The position numbers and the translations under genes are program-made. Positions 26,871 to 39,189 of a stretch of DNA of 64,000 nt are shown one piece after another. The stretch's first letter is position 1. Each line of letters starts with the position of its first letter. Below the pieces are notes generated by a model, which worked only from the letters and a program-made list of their open reading frames with translations, did no database searches and was not told where the DNA came from. Source of the DNA: Hemiscyllium ocellatum (taxonomy: Eukaryota); contig NC_083403.1 of the NCBI RefSeq assembly GCF_020745735.1, forward strand, positions 44,380,766 through 44,444,765, in the 5' to 3' direction.

Positions 26871-26984
26871 AAGTGGAGTATGCAACAAGTGTATATGATG
26901 GGATGTAATGAAGATCTATTCATCAGAAGGAACATTGTCTTCACCATCTTACAGCTCAGCATCATTGCCTACAGCCATCCAGGC

Positions 26985-27080
26985 ATTCCCGATGAAGGGC
27001 TCTGGCCCGAAACGTCAAATTTCCTGTTCCTTCGATGCTGCCTGACCTGCTGTGCTTTAACCAGCAACACATTTTCAGCT
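26985..27080 (+). mobile_element. Solo PLE terminal repeat (family A) with a core-mutated hammerhead (CCGATGA)
   Basis: attc-ccgatga-a-gggc-tctg-gccc-gaaa-cgtc followed by the family-A tail. Confidence 0.8.
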
Positions 27081-27299
27081 CAAGGCTTATTTACCATCCG
27101 CTCTCAGTGGAACTGAGTCACAGGAAGTCACTTTTCATTGACTGAAAATGTTTTGGTGCTGCTGAGGCCAACATCCTCTTTTTATTTCCAACTGCAAATG
27201 GAGTTTACTGGATTTGACCTTTTTATGGTTCTCCTGTTCTATAGTTAACATTAAGGTTACAAACTGTAGGAAGCCTTCACAACATCTGATGCTCTCTCA

Positions 27300-28930
27300 A
27301 TATATTATGAAACTAGAAAGAGCACAGAAAAGATTTGCTACGATGCTACCTGGACTGGAAGGTTTGAGTTATAAGGAGAGGTTGGATAGGCTGGAACTTT
27401 ATCTCCTGTAGTGTGAAGACGGAGGGATGACTTTATAGATGTCCATAAAATCATGAGAGGAATAGATAAGATAGATAGTCAAGAGTTTTTCCCCACTGTA
27501 GGGGTGTCTAAAACTGGAGGGCAGAGGTTTAAAGTGAGAGGAGAGAAATACAAAAGGGTCCAGAAGGGCAATTTTTTCACACAGAGGCTGGTAAGTGTCT
27601 GGAACAGGCTGCAGAGGTAGTGGTGGAAGTGAGTACAATTTTTTATTCAAGAAACGTTTAAATGTGTACATGGATGGAATAGGTATGGATGGATATGGAC
27701 AAAATACAGGTAAATGGAACTAGTTTTACCGCTAATGGAGTCAGGTGTTACTAGGGGACATAGCTTTAAATTAAGGGGTGGTAGGTATAGGACAGATGTT
27801 AGGGGTAGATTCTTCACACAGCGGGTTGTGAGTTCATGGAATGCCCTGCCCGTATCAGTGGTGAACTCTCCTTCTTTATGTTCATTTAAGCGGGCATTGG
27901 ATAGGCATTTGGAAGTTATTGGGCTAGTATAGGTTAGGTAGGACTCGGTCGGCGCAACATCGAGGGCCGAAGGGCCTGTACTGCGCTGTATCCTTCTATG
28001 TTCTATGTTCTATGTAGTTTAAATTGTGAAAACTGGTGGCAATATCAAGATGGGCTGCAGGGCTTGTTTTCAAGGCTATAGAACTCTATGATTCTATGAC
28101 TCTATTCAATCATGACAACATTCAACACAATCATATAGGGATCTTGGGGTGTTTGTCCACAGCTCCCTGAATGGATGAGTGAATGGGTTAGCTAAAGAGG
28201 TATATGGGATGATTGCTTTTTATCAGTCATAATACAGATTATAAGAGCAGGAAGGTTGTGTCGGAGCTGTATTGAATTCTGGTTAGTCCACAGCTGGAGT
28301 ACTGTGTCCAGTTCTGATCACTACATTAGAAGAAGCATATGGTTGCACTGGAGTGTGTGCAAAGGAGACTCACCAGGATGTTATGAAAACAGAAGTTACT
28401 GGGAATGCTCGGCAGGTCTGGTAGCATCTCTGAAGAGAAATCAGAGTTAATGTTTCAGGTCCAGTGACCCTTCCTCACCAGATCCAAAATGTGAACTTTG
28501 ATTTCTCTTCACAGATGCTGCCAGACCGGCTGAGCTTTCCCAGCAACTTTTTGTTTCTCTGATATACAGCATTCGCAATTATTTTAGGTTTCACCAGGAT
28601 GGTGCTTGGGATGGAGCATTTCAGCCATGAAGAGAGGCTGGATAGGCTCAGGCTGTTCTCTTTGGAACAACCAAGGCTGAGAGGAGAACCTGACAGAATT
28701 ATATAAGATTACGAAGGGCATGGACAGGGTGGATAGAAAGCAGCTGCTCCCCTTAGTTCAGAGGATTAAGAAGTTTAAAGTTAAAGGCAAGAGGTTTAGA
28801 GGGCTTTCTGGAAAGGCTTTTTTCACTCACAGGATGGTTGGGGTTCTGGAACATACTGCATGGGAGGGTAGTTGAAGCAGGAAACCTCATAACCTTTATA
28901 AAGTATTTGGATGATCACTTGAAGTGTCAT
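27300..28930 (+). mobile_element. Cluster of CR1 3' fragments, including a young nested CR1 end (27727-28014, TSD tagttt) and a PLE palindrome (28381-28590)
   Basis: TRGHSFKL/FFTQRVV motifs and (ttctatg)n tail. PLE palindrome is flanked by TSD tcaccaggatg at 28370-28380 and 28591-28601. Confidence 0.85.
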
Positions 28931-28934
28931 AACA

Positions 28935-29160
28935 AGTGTCCCCGTGTCTGTGTGGGTTTCCTCCGGGTGCTCCGGCTTCCTCCCACAATCCAAAAATGTG
29001 CAGGTCAGGTGAATTGGCCATGCTAAATTGCCCGTAGTGTTAGGTAAGGGGTAAATGTAGGGGAATGGGTCTGGGTGAGTTGCTCTTAGGAGGATCGGTG
29101 TGGACTTGTTGGGCCAAATGGCCTGTTTCCATGCTGTAAGTAATCTAATCTAATCTAATC
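28935..29160 (+). mobile_element. 5'-truncated HE1 SINE
   Basis: V-domain core and (taatc)n tail. Confidence 0.88.
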
Positions 29161-29320
29161 ATTCACCATTCCTCATTTGACAAGCCCTTCATCCCTGGGA
29201 TAATTCTTGTGAGCCTCCTCTGGACCCTTTCAAAGGTCAGCATGTCCTTCCTTAGACACAAGGCCAATATTGTTCACAATATTCCAAAAACAGTTTAACT
29301 AGAGCCTTATACAGTCTCAG

Positions 29321-29417
29321 TTTTTCCTGAAGAAGGGCTTATGCCCGAAACGTCGATTCTCCTGCTCCTTGGATGCTGCCTGACCTGTTGCGCTTTTCTA
29401 GCAACACATTTTTCAGC
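29321..29417 (+). mobile_element. 97-bp solo PLE terminal repeat starting at an intact hammerhead core
   Basis: CTGAAGA-A-GGGC-TTAT-GCCC-GAAA-CGTC. Perfect 16-bp TSD ccttatacagtctcag at 29305-29320 and 29418-29433, inside a minus-strand CR1 fragment. Confidence 0.9.
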
Positions 29418-31059
29418 CCTTATACAGTCTCAGCAGTACACCCTTGCCCTTGTATTCTAATCCTTTAGAAATTATAACAAATGGAGTGACTGTATAGTAG
29501 TTGTATATTCTAAATATAGACTGAAGTCAACACTCCCCTGCTCCCAATGGCGCTTTATAGTTCAAAGTATTGATGACAATTGCCTATAACTGCAACTCAT
29601 GCTTCAATTGACCAATGTTCTTGAATGACAGGTGTTGAATATATCCATTACATTTTTGCTATATTGCAGACTGCTCCAGTCAGAGTGATTGCAAAATTTA
29701 AAAAGTGCTTATCTCAAATGGGTTTGGTTTTTTTTTTCCAAATTAACAACAGCTTCAGTCTTTATGACCATTATATAAAATCCAAATGGTAATTTTAATA
29801 TGTGATATAATTGTGCAATGATGTGTATCAGTTACCTTCCTTTTCATTTTAAAACACACATGGGCTATTTACTCACCTTTCTGGTGATAAAAGAAGTTCT
29901 ATTGATGGATGACATCAGTATGAATCAACCTCAGTGTCATTGGAACATTATGCTAATATTGCAGTCTTGAATAGCATTTACAAAGCTATTCAAGAAAAAT
30001 AGCTGTTCCAATGCAGTTTTGAAATCAATAATATCTTGTTCTCACTTTCTACCTCTAATTATCTTATATTCACCCATTCCATAAGATAATGACTGAGGCA
30101 GGGACAATTAATTTCCTCAAGTGTTCCCTCCCCATGCATAAGCCTTGACAGTAAGCGTGCTTTCTGACCATTGCAGTTACTGCAGCTTTATCAACCCCTT
30201 TGTCCAACATTCACACTCACACACTTTTCATCGGTGGAACACAGTAAGGTGATGGTTGAGATTGGGTACTTCCCAAAAAAAGAACACAAACAGAAAGCTA
30301 ATCTGTGTGGTTATGTTTCCTATCCTATTCTATATTCATCTATTGAGGAAGCTATATGTTAAAAATTCCTCGCCTCATTGATCGGAACTCTCCATGAAGC
30401 GAATTTCAGAGCAAAAGTGTGGCTGTTGAATAAAATAATTGAAAATGGCACTTTCAGTGGTTTGGACATTTTGAAGTTGGGCAGAACATGGAATCGCAAC
30501 TGGCATGTGGAAATTTGTGGGATGACATTGCTACCCTTATTAATCCTAATGCACACTTTTTTGTCTGTTTATACTTTTTCAATTACAATTTACATTTCTT
30601 GGCTATATATAATTGTGCATTTTGAGTCCTTCTTACCAATTCATCCATTTACTTTTATTTTGATTGGTGCCTTGAATGTTGCTTTAATTTCACTCTGTAG
30701 TCAAAAATGAATTTAATATTATACCTTAATGCTGGCATTCAAAGACCTAACCTTAACAAATGAGTTTGAATGATAAAATATTTATGCAGTCGTATGGAAA
30801 ATGGGTCCAGGAATGTTCCGCCCTTTAACCAGAACAAGGTGACTCATCCAGGAGAGGTCTAACCCTGAAATGATTCTCACTTACTCCCACATCATAGTAA
30901 CACACAAACATTTACTTTACAGATCATTTTATTCTGTGCAAGTTGATACATAACAATAAAAAAAGTTAGTAGTCAAGCACAGTAATTGGCAGATTCTCAA
31001 ACAAGCCTTAAAGCTATAAGTTTCTTGTTACCTAATATAACGATGGCATGAATGTAATA

Positions 31060-32290
31060 CTCAGTGCTGAGGAATGCAGTAAATCACTACAAAATTCCCA
31101 TCACTAAGGTATTGGAATGTGCCATCAACAGTGCTATCAAGCAGCACTTGGTTAGCCGTAACCTGCTCACTGATTCCCAATTTGGATTCTACCAGGGCCA
31201 CCCCACTCCTGACCTCATTCCAGCCTTGCTCCAAACATAGCAGCAGCACGGTGGCTCAGTGGTTTGCACTGCTGCCTCACAATGCCAGGAATGCCAGGTT
31301 TGATTCCAACCTCAGGCGACTGTCTGTGCGGAGTTTGCACATTCTCCCTGTGTCTGTGTGGGCTTTCTCTGCATGCTCTGGTTTCTTCCCACAGTCCAAA
31401 GATGTGCAGCTAAGGTGAATTGGTCATGCTAAATTGTCCATAATGTTCAGGCATGTGTGGGTTAGGCACATTAGTTAGGGTAAATGTAGAGTAAAAGGCT
31501 AGGGGAACGGATCTGGGTGGGTTACTTTTTGGAGGGCCAGTGTGGACTTGTTGGGCCTAATGGCCTGTTTCCACACTGTCAGGATTCTATACTACAGACA
31601 AATGAATGACTGCCTCAGACACCAATGCCACAGCTGACTGAGTGTGGCATTGTGGAGGCCCAGCAAATCCGGAGCCAATGGGTATCAGGAGAAAACGTTC
31701 TGCTGGCAGGAGTAATATTGAACACAAAGGAAGATGGTTGAGGTTAGAAATCTCAGCTCCAGGACTTCTCTGCAGGAGCTCTTCATGATAATGTCCCAGG
31801 TTCACCCATCTTCAGGTGCTTCAACAATGACCTTACCTCCATCATAAGGTCAGAGGTGGGGATGTTCATTGGTGACCACACAAGGTTCAGCACCAGTCAC
31901 GACTCCTCAGATACTTAAGTAGTCCAATTCCAGATGCAGCAAGACCTGGACATTATCCAGATTGGGGCTCAGAAATGGAAAGAGCATTCATGATGCATGA
32001 GTGACAGTCAATGACCTCTCCAACAAGAATGGATCCAACCACACCCTTTGACATTCAATGGCACTACTATCACTGAATCCCTACTTTCAACATCTTGGGA
32101 GTTACAATTGATCAGAACTGGACTAGCCATATAAACATAGTGGATACAAAAGCAGGTGAGAGATTAAGAATACTGCAGATGGTAACTCACCTCTTGACTC
32201 CCCTTAGCTTTTGCACCACCAACAATGTTTGAGTCAAGAGTGTGATGGAATACTCCACATTTGCCTGGATAGGTGCATCTCCAGGGAGTC
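31060..32290 (+). mobile_element. Degraded CR1-group LINE of a distinct family, interrupted by an HE1 SINE (31243-31590)
   Basis: Remnants of IFxCFxNDLxSIIRSEVGMF, MQQDLDxIQ and PLTFNGTTITESPT. The 3' end of the same family is at about 48960-49450. Confidence 0.75.
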
Positions 32291-32559
32291 TTGCTGGTGG
32301 ATTTGGAGCAAGTACGAATGACTTCTCTTGAATGAAGAATTTTGTTAGAACAGCAGGGAGATGTTTGAGCTTTTACAATGAACTCAGGTGCTGGCTTGTC
32401 AAGTGAGTACAAGAAATTACAGGATAAGGCTGGGTCATGGTGGCCTTAGAAAAGATCAAGAGGCACAGGCAGAGGAAGCTGTATGACAGAAGAAAGATTA
32501 ATCTCTGCTGAAGCAGCTCATGTTGTGAGTCAGTAAATGGTCTAGAGGGCATAGGTTTA

Positions 32560-34624
32560 TGCCAACTCGAGGATACCTCTTCCTACTGCTCCCTCGACCA
32601 TGACCCCACCCCCCATCACCAAACCATCATCTCTCAGACCATACAGAACCTCATCACCTCAGGAGATCTCCCACCCACAGCTTCCAACCTCATAGTCCGG
32701 GAACCCCACACTGCCTGGTTCTACCTCCTTCCCAAGATCCACAAGCCTGACCACCCTGGCCGACCCATTGTCTCAGCATGCTCCTGCCCCACTGAACTCA
32801 TCTCTACTTACTTCGACACTGTCCTATCCCCCCTAGTCCAGGAACTCCCCACATACGTTTGAGACACCACCCACGCCCTCCACCTCCTCCAAGATTTCCA
32901 TTTCCCTGGCCCCCAATGCCTCATCTTTACCATGGATATCAAATCCCTCTACACTTCCATCCGCCAAGACCAGGGCCTCCAAGCCCTCTGTTTCTTCCTC
33001 TCCCGATGTCCCCAATAGTACCCTTCCACCGACACTCTCATTCATTTGGCCGAACTGGTCCTCACCCTTAACAATTTCTCCTTTGAATCCTCCCACTTCC
33101 TCCAGACTAGGGGCACACGTATGGGCCCCAGATATGCCTGTCTCATTGTTGGCTACGTAGAACAATTGATCTTCTGTAATTACACTGGCACCACTCCCCA
33201 CCTCTTCCTCTGCTACATTGATGATGGCACCACCTCGTGCTCCCGTGAGGAGGTTGAGCAATTCATCAACTTCACCAACACATTCCACCCTGACCTTAAA
33301 TTTACCTGGACCATCTCTGACACCTCCCTCCCCTTCCTGGACCTCTCCATCTCCATTAATGACGACCGACTTGACACTGACATTTTTTACAAACCCACCA
33401 ACTCCCACAGCTACCTGGATTACACCTCTTCTCACCCTACCTCTTGCAAAAATGCCATCCCATATTCCCAATTCCTCCGCCTCCACTGTATCTGCTCCCA
33501 GGAGGACCAGTTCCACCACAGAACACACCAGATGGCATCCTTCTTTAGAGACTGCAAATTCCCTTCCCATGTGGTTAAAGATGCCCTCCAACGCATTTCA
33601 TCCACATCCTGCACCTCCGCCCTCAGACCCCACTCCTCCAACCGTAGCAAGGACAGAACGCCCCAGGTGCTCATCTTCCACCCTACCAACCTTCACATAA
33701 ACCAAATCATCCGCCGACATTTCCGCCACCTCCAAAAATACCCCACCACCAGGGATATATTTCCCTCCCCACCCCTTTCCACCTTCAGCAAAGACCGTTC
33801 CCTCCGTGACTATCTGGTCAGGTCTTCGTCCCCCTACAACCTACCCTCCCATCCTGGCTCCTTCCCCTGCCACCGCACGAACTGCAAAACCTGCACCCAC
33901 ACCTCCTCCCTTACCTCCATCCAAGGCCCTAAAGGAGCCTTCCATATCCATCAAAGTTTTACCTGCACATCCACCAATATCATTTATTGTATCCGTTGCT
34001 CCCAATGCGGTCTCCTCTATGTTGGGGAGACTGGACGCCTCCAAGCAGAGCGCTTTAGGGAACATCTCCGGGACACCTGCACCATTCAACCACACTGCCC
34101 CGTGGCCCAACATTTCAACTCCCCCTCCCATTCTGCTGAGGACATGGAGGCCCTGGACCTCCTTCACTGCCGCTCCCTCACCACCAGACGCCTGAAGGAA
34201 GAACGCCTCATCTTCCGCCTCGGAACACTTCAACCCCAGGGCAACAATGTGGACTTCAACAGTTTCCTCATTTCCCCTTCCCCCACCTCACTCTAGTTCC
34301 AAACTTCCAGCTCAGCACTGTCCCCATGACTTGTCCTACCTGCCTATCTTCTTTTCCACCTATCCACTCCACCCTCCTCCCTGACCTATCACTTTCATCC
34401 CCTCCCCCACTCACCTATTGTATTCTATGCTACTTTCTCCCCACCCCCACCCTCCTCTAGCTTATCTCTCCACGTTTCAGGCTCTCTGCCTTTATTCCTG
34501 ATGAAGGGCTTTTGCCCAAAATGTCGATTTTACTGCTCCTCGGATGCTGCCTGAACTGCTGTGCTCTTCCAGCAACACTAATCCAGAATCTGGTTTCCAG
34601 CATCTGCAGTCATTGTTTTTACCT
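32560..34624 (+). mobile_element. Penelope-like element (Neptune-type), 5'-truncated, RT plus Cys-rich linker plus GIY-YIG; inserted in a CR1 3' end
   Basis: ORF 33046-34296: GTRMGP, YIDD, FLDL, CHRTNCKTC linker, NIIYCIRC..C..LYVGETGR, FRLGTLQPQGNN. Upstream PGRPIVS with stops. Terminal repeat has a decayed hammerhead at 34494-34529. Confidence 0.95.
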
Positions 34625-34834
34625 AAGAAATAAAAGGCACCTAAGGGACAGCTTTGTCAGGCAGAGGGTGGTGCATGTATGGAACGAGCTGCTCAAGGAA
34701 GTGGGGGAGGTTAGTACAATTGCAACATTTAAAAGGCATCTGGATGGGTATATGAATAGGAAGGGTTTGGAAGGATATGGGCTGGGTACTGATAAATGGG
34801 ACTATATTAGGTTGGGATATCTGGTCGGCACATC

Positions 34835-35083
34835 TAAGGCACACCCATCCCCACCCCTGCCACCAGAAAGTCACTCCATTGTTTAACACATAATCCTACA
34901 ATGTGAAATTCAAAACATTTGGTTCAAGTGTCATATCACTAAGTTTTCTCTTCAAATTTTAAAGAAAGGTGCATTTTAAAAGAATTATTTTTCATCTGTT
35001 GGCCTCTGTAATTCTATTCTCCACAGAAGCAAAACCTGATAGCTTGTATCTACCTGCATTAAATTATTTTCTGTTGGGTGGGG
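34835..35083. repeat. Inverted copy of non-repeat sequence 36190-36453, inserted in a CR1 tail
   Basis: About 250 bp reverse-complement match with a few indels (e.g. gtgaaattcaaaacatttggttcaagtgtcatatcactaagttttct). Confidence 0.9.
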
Positions 35084-35229
35084 TAGACCGAAGGGTCTGT
35101 TTCCATGCTGTACATCTCTATGACTCTATGACGCTGGGAGTGCCAAGCTGAAACAAAGGTTGGGTAAGGATGATAAAGGGCAGGATAAAGGGTTGAGCAG
35201 GACTGTTGGGAGGCCAAGGGTGCTCAATG

Positions 35230-36110
35230 AAGTTTTTTTTATATTTTGTCAAATCATCTGGCTTGCCATTCTTCTTTGCAGAATAACATGATTTTTTTTC
35301 CTTGAGTTTAATGTTTTCCCTTACTTCTTGAGTTAACAATAGATGGTGGACGATCCCTATAAATATTCTGAGCATTCTGAAATGTTTCCTTAGTTGATTG
35401 CATTTAGGTCTCTATTGATCTTTCCCCACTCTTAAATGTCAGTTCAATTCAGCTAGCTCAGCCTTCATATAGTTGCCCTTGTTTAAGTTTAAAATATTAG
35501 TAGTACATCTAGTACTTTTACTAGATGTAAAATGCAATTATATTGTGGTTGCTGCTAAAAGGGATCTAAGGCCATTAGTTAATTCCATCATATTGCACAA
35601 CACCAAGTCAAATATAATCTGCTCTTTGTTCAGTTCCAAAATGTGTCACTCTAAGAAATTTGGATGTATGCTATGAACTCTTTGTTCAGATTATTGCTGC
35701 CAATCTGACCTTTCCAGTTTATATATAGTTTAAAGTGTCTCATGATTATTACCATCCCCATATCACATTTTCTCAATATTGCTTCTTGTATACACAATCC
35801 CAAATTACAGGTCACTTCCTCCTATGTTCCCTACAATCCTGCATTTCTACCCAAACTGATTCTACATCTCAATCTTCTGAACCAAGGTAATATCTATTAT
35901 ACAAATGCCTTCCTTCAGTAAGTGTGCAACCCCTCCACCTTTCCCTAGCTTCCTAATTTTCGTGAGTGTCAGGTACCCCCCTATATTCAGGACCAAATGC
36001 TTATCGTCCTGCAGCCACATCTCTGCATGGCTATCAGATCATATTTATTTCCTATAAAATATCCCTATATATTTTATTGTGCTATCAATTCAATTACTTC
36101 ATTATGAATG
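35230..36110 (-). mobile_element. Old CR1 ORF2 fragment (APE/linker)
   Basis: LTQEVRENIKLKEKK..AKKNGKPDD, similar to the WLMREVKKHIKLKEKK segment of the younger CR1. Confidence 0.65.
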
Positions 36111-36577
36111 GTGACCTGACCAGGACAACCCTATAAATCTGGTTGACTGGAAATTGAAGTTATTTTATAGCCAATTAAGTATAAATTTCCCCCACCCAAC
36201 AGAAATTAATGTAATGCCGGTAGATACAAGCTATCAGGTTTTGTTTCTGTGGAGAATAGAATTACAGAGGCCAACATATGATTGCAGTAGATGAAAAATA
36301 ATTTTTTTTTAAATTTGAAAGGGGAGCTTGGGGAGAAAACTTAGTGATATGACACTTGAACCAAATGTTTTGAATTTCACATTGTAGGATTATGTGTGAA
36401 ACAATGTCATGGAGTGACTTCCTGGTGGCAGGGGTGGGGATGGGTGTGCCTTACAGAATTCAGCATCAGTGGGAGGTGTGGTAGCCCAAGTTATAACTAC
36501 TTACATGTAAGGGCGCACAGATCAACTAGAAAGCTGCACCACAACTGGAATCACAGTGAAAGGTGTTTTTCAGTCAT

Positions 36578-36745
36578 GATTTGGAGATGCCGGTGTTGGA
36601 CTGGGATGTACAAAGTTAAAGATCACACAACACCAGGTTATAGTCCAACAGGTTTACTTGGAAGCACTCTAGCTTCCAATTAAAGCTAGTGTGCTTCCAA
36701 TTAAACCTGTTGGGACTATAACCTGGTGTTGTGTGATTTTTAACT
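36578..36745. mobile_element. Palindromic PLE terminal-repeat mini-insertion (family B)
   Basis: Inverted arms with apex at the GAAAGCTAGTG half of the hammerhead. TSD gtgtttttcagt(c/g)at at 36563-36577 and 36746-36760. Confidence 0.85.
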
Positions 36746-37489
36746 GTGTTTTTCAGTGATTGTTTTGGCAATGATAAAGGGATTTGAGTAGCTTGGCTAC
36801 TATTTAATATTAAGTCTTATCATCACCATAACTTCCGAGGTGAAAATAAATTGGATGAGTCATCCAGGCAGGGCTTTCCCTGAAGTTGCAGGTACAGCAG
36901 TCTGGAGGGGGAATGAAATAGTTTAGTTTGTTTGTTATGGTACCCTCCAAGCATACGGTGGCGCTGGCAGTCATGCAGAAGGATAAAGTGCAGGTTCAGC
37001 CTGATTTTGGTGCAGCTTGTCGGCAGGAAGAAGCTGGGCAGTGGATTGTTGTGTTTCTGCAGAGGCAGAGTGAGGTTTGTTACATTGACTGCAAATGTCA
37101 GGCTGATGTGTAAGCAGGCAGGCAAGGAATACACCTTACAGGGAGCATTGACCCTGCAAATATTCAGGATAATGATGGTTATTTAAAGTCATTATTTTTA
37201 TAACTCAACCCTCGGGAGGAAATGCTTTGATGCATTCGATTGACTGTTGTCGAGTGTATTGCAAACAAATCTATCTTAGAAGAGTACTTAAACTACTCTT
37301 ATACTGTCACTTCAGTACACGCGACTTTCAGAAAGGTCATTATCGACTCGTTTCCCTTGATGTGTTTGCAGCTATTTCTGTGTTATTGATTTGAACTTTA
37401 ATTTTAATGTTTGGAGTGAACAGTGTTGGATTATGTTACAATGAGCAGAAAATGTTAAGTTTAGTGCCCTCCTTCTCTAAATAGCTGCC

Positions 37490-38540
37490 ATCAGACCTCC
37501 TCAGCTCCATCTGCATAGAACTTTTACTCACTTCATCCCTCTCTGGGGCATCAGGCTGACACTGAGCCAGTTTGTTTGCAGCCTTTGTCACTTTTCACCC
37601 TGCAATGATGCACCTCTGTAACACTGCCCCATCTCAGCTCAGCTGCTGCTGAAACTCCCATGCATCACTTTGCTTCTTTAAGACTTAACTATTGCAACAT
37701 ACACCTGGTGGGTCTCCCACATTCTTGGAATCCATGGAATTTTGAAGCCAATTTGGCTCATTGGGTCTGCACAAACCTTTCAAAGAGCATCCCACCCCCA
37801 CCCGCACCCACCTCCTGACCCTATTCCTGTATCACTGCATTTCTCATGAAAACTTCACCTAACCCACATGTCCATCAACAGTATTGGCAATTTAACATGG
37901 TCAGTCAAACTAACCTGCACATCTTTGAACTGTGGGAGGAGACCCACACAGACACAGTGAGAATGTGTAAACTCCACACAGCCAGTGACTCAAGGCTGAA
38001 ATCAAACCTGTGTGTTTGGCTTTGTGAGGTGACAATGCTAACCACTGAGCCACCCTCCCATTCATCCATTCAACCCACTCTAAACCCAAGGTCATCCAAA
38101 CCCTACTACCCATCTCCTAACTTGCACCAAATCCTATTTATCCTTGTATTCATATTGACTCCCAATAAAGCATCATCTTGATCTTAAAACTCTCATCCTT
38201 CTTTCAAATCTCTCCATGACTGCTTCCATTCCTATTTCTAATTTCCTCTGACCACACACTTCTGCAGGATATCTATGCTCCTCTGGTTTTGACTTTGTGT
38301 CTGTCTCCAATTTGAACCAGTCCACCAGTGATGGCCACACCTTCAGAGAGCTTTGGAATTCTTTTCGTAATCCTTTCCACCTCAGTTTCTTCCTTGAAAA
38401 CACTCCTTATTACTTTTTTTAAATGAAGCTTTTGGTTATTTGAATGATAATGATCTTATGTGGCTCGGTGTCATAATTTGTTTTATATTGATCACATGAA
38501 GCATCTTGGGGATAATCTGTTACCTTAACGACGTTTACCA
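37490..38540 (+). mobile_element. L2-clade LINE 3' fragment interrupted by an HE1 SINE (minus, about 37730-38056)
   Basis: Remnant resembling LSSAAAETxxH..SxLxYCN and L2-type tail gaagcatcttggg..ttaccttaacgacg. Confidence 0.7.
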
Positions 38541-38579
38541 TATTTGTGCTCAGGTTCATAAACGGGACAGTTGTCAGCT

Positions 38580-38714
38580 ATGTCATCTTCACCCGATCCG
38601 ACTGATGCCAAGACAGAGCCCCCGAAGAGTGCTGGTTACAAAAGTCCAGGATTGAGAGGAATCCGAACCACCAGTCTCTTCCGAGCTGTTAATCCAGAGC
38701 TCTTCATTAAACCT
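38580..38714 (+). CDS. SMIM8: SMIM8 coding exon 1 ([45 protein letters not shown])
   Basis: Contains the SMIM8 motif [24 protein letters not shown]. Acceptor ctcag| before 38554, ATG at 38580, phase-0 donor CCT|gtaagg after 38714. Confidence 0.96.
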
Positions 38715-39189
38715 GTAAGGAAATTGCCCCTTAAATTTGGACAGCTCTGCTTTTAAATAGTTAGGATTGTCTTCGGGGTTAATCAAGAAAAAGCAATTGA
38801 ACACCCGGCTCTCATGTTGGAGGTTCAACATTGTGCCTACTTCCATACTTCCCAACCCTACTGAGCTTGGTGGCAAGCTTTATTTGATTTCAGCCTGTCT
38901 CATTACTCAGTGGTAGGCAGTAAATATTGTTATCCTCCATTGCAAATAAATTTATGCTGGCTAATCATAATTTTATTGGCAGACTGTCAGCCCTACATCA
39001 TGCTTTCATGGAAGTTTGTAACAGATGGGCACACTGCTATTTTACTTCTGTCCTTGATTCCAGTCGAACCAAGTGAGCTACATGAATCTTTTTGCAGTGC
39101 TGGTTGTCAGTCAGCATGAAGTGAGTTTGATCAAATGTAAGGCATTTCTTCACGATGACATCTTCATAGTAATAAACTATTCACTATTT

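Noticed and set aside
32833-34233. Long antisense and alternative-frame ORFs over the PLE (252, 160, 130 aa)
   Set aside because: Shadow frames caused by the C-rich codon bias of the PLE ORF.
34835-36453. Long terminal inverted repeats of a 1.6-kb DNA transposon
   Set aside because: The CR1 tail continues across the left copy, the interior is unrelated CR1 debris, and there is no TSD.
36820-37080. SMIM8 promoter or non-coding first exon (ACTTCCG, TGAGTCA, GAG|gtttgt)
   Set aside because: Plausible position, but short motifs alone are insufficient without transcript data.
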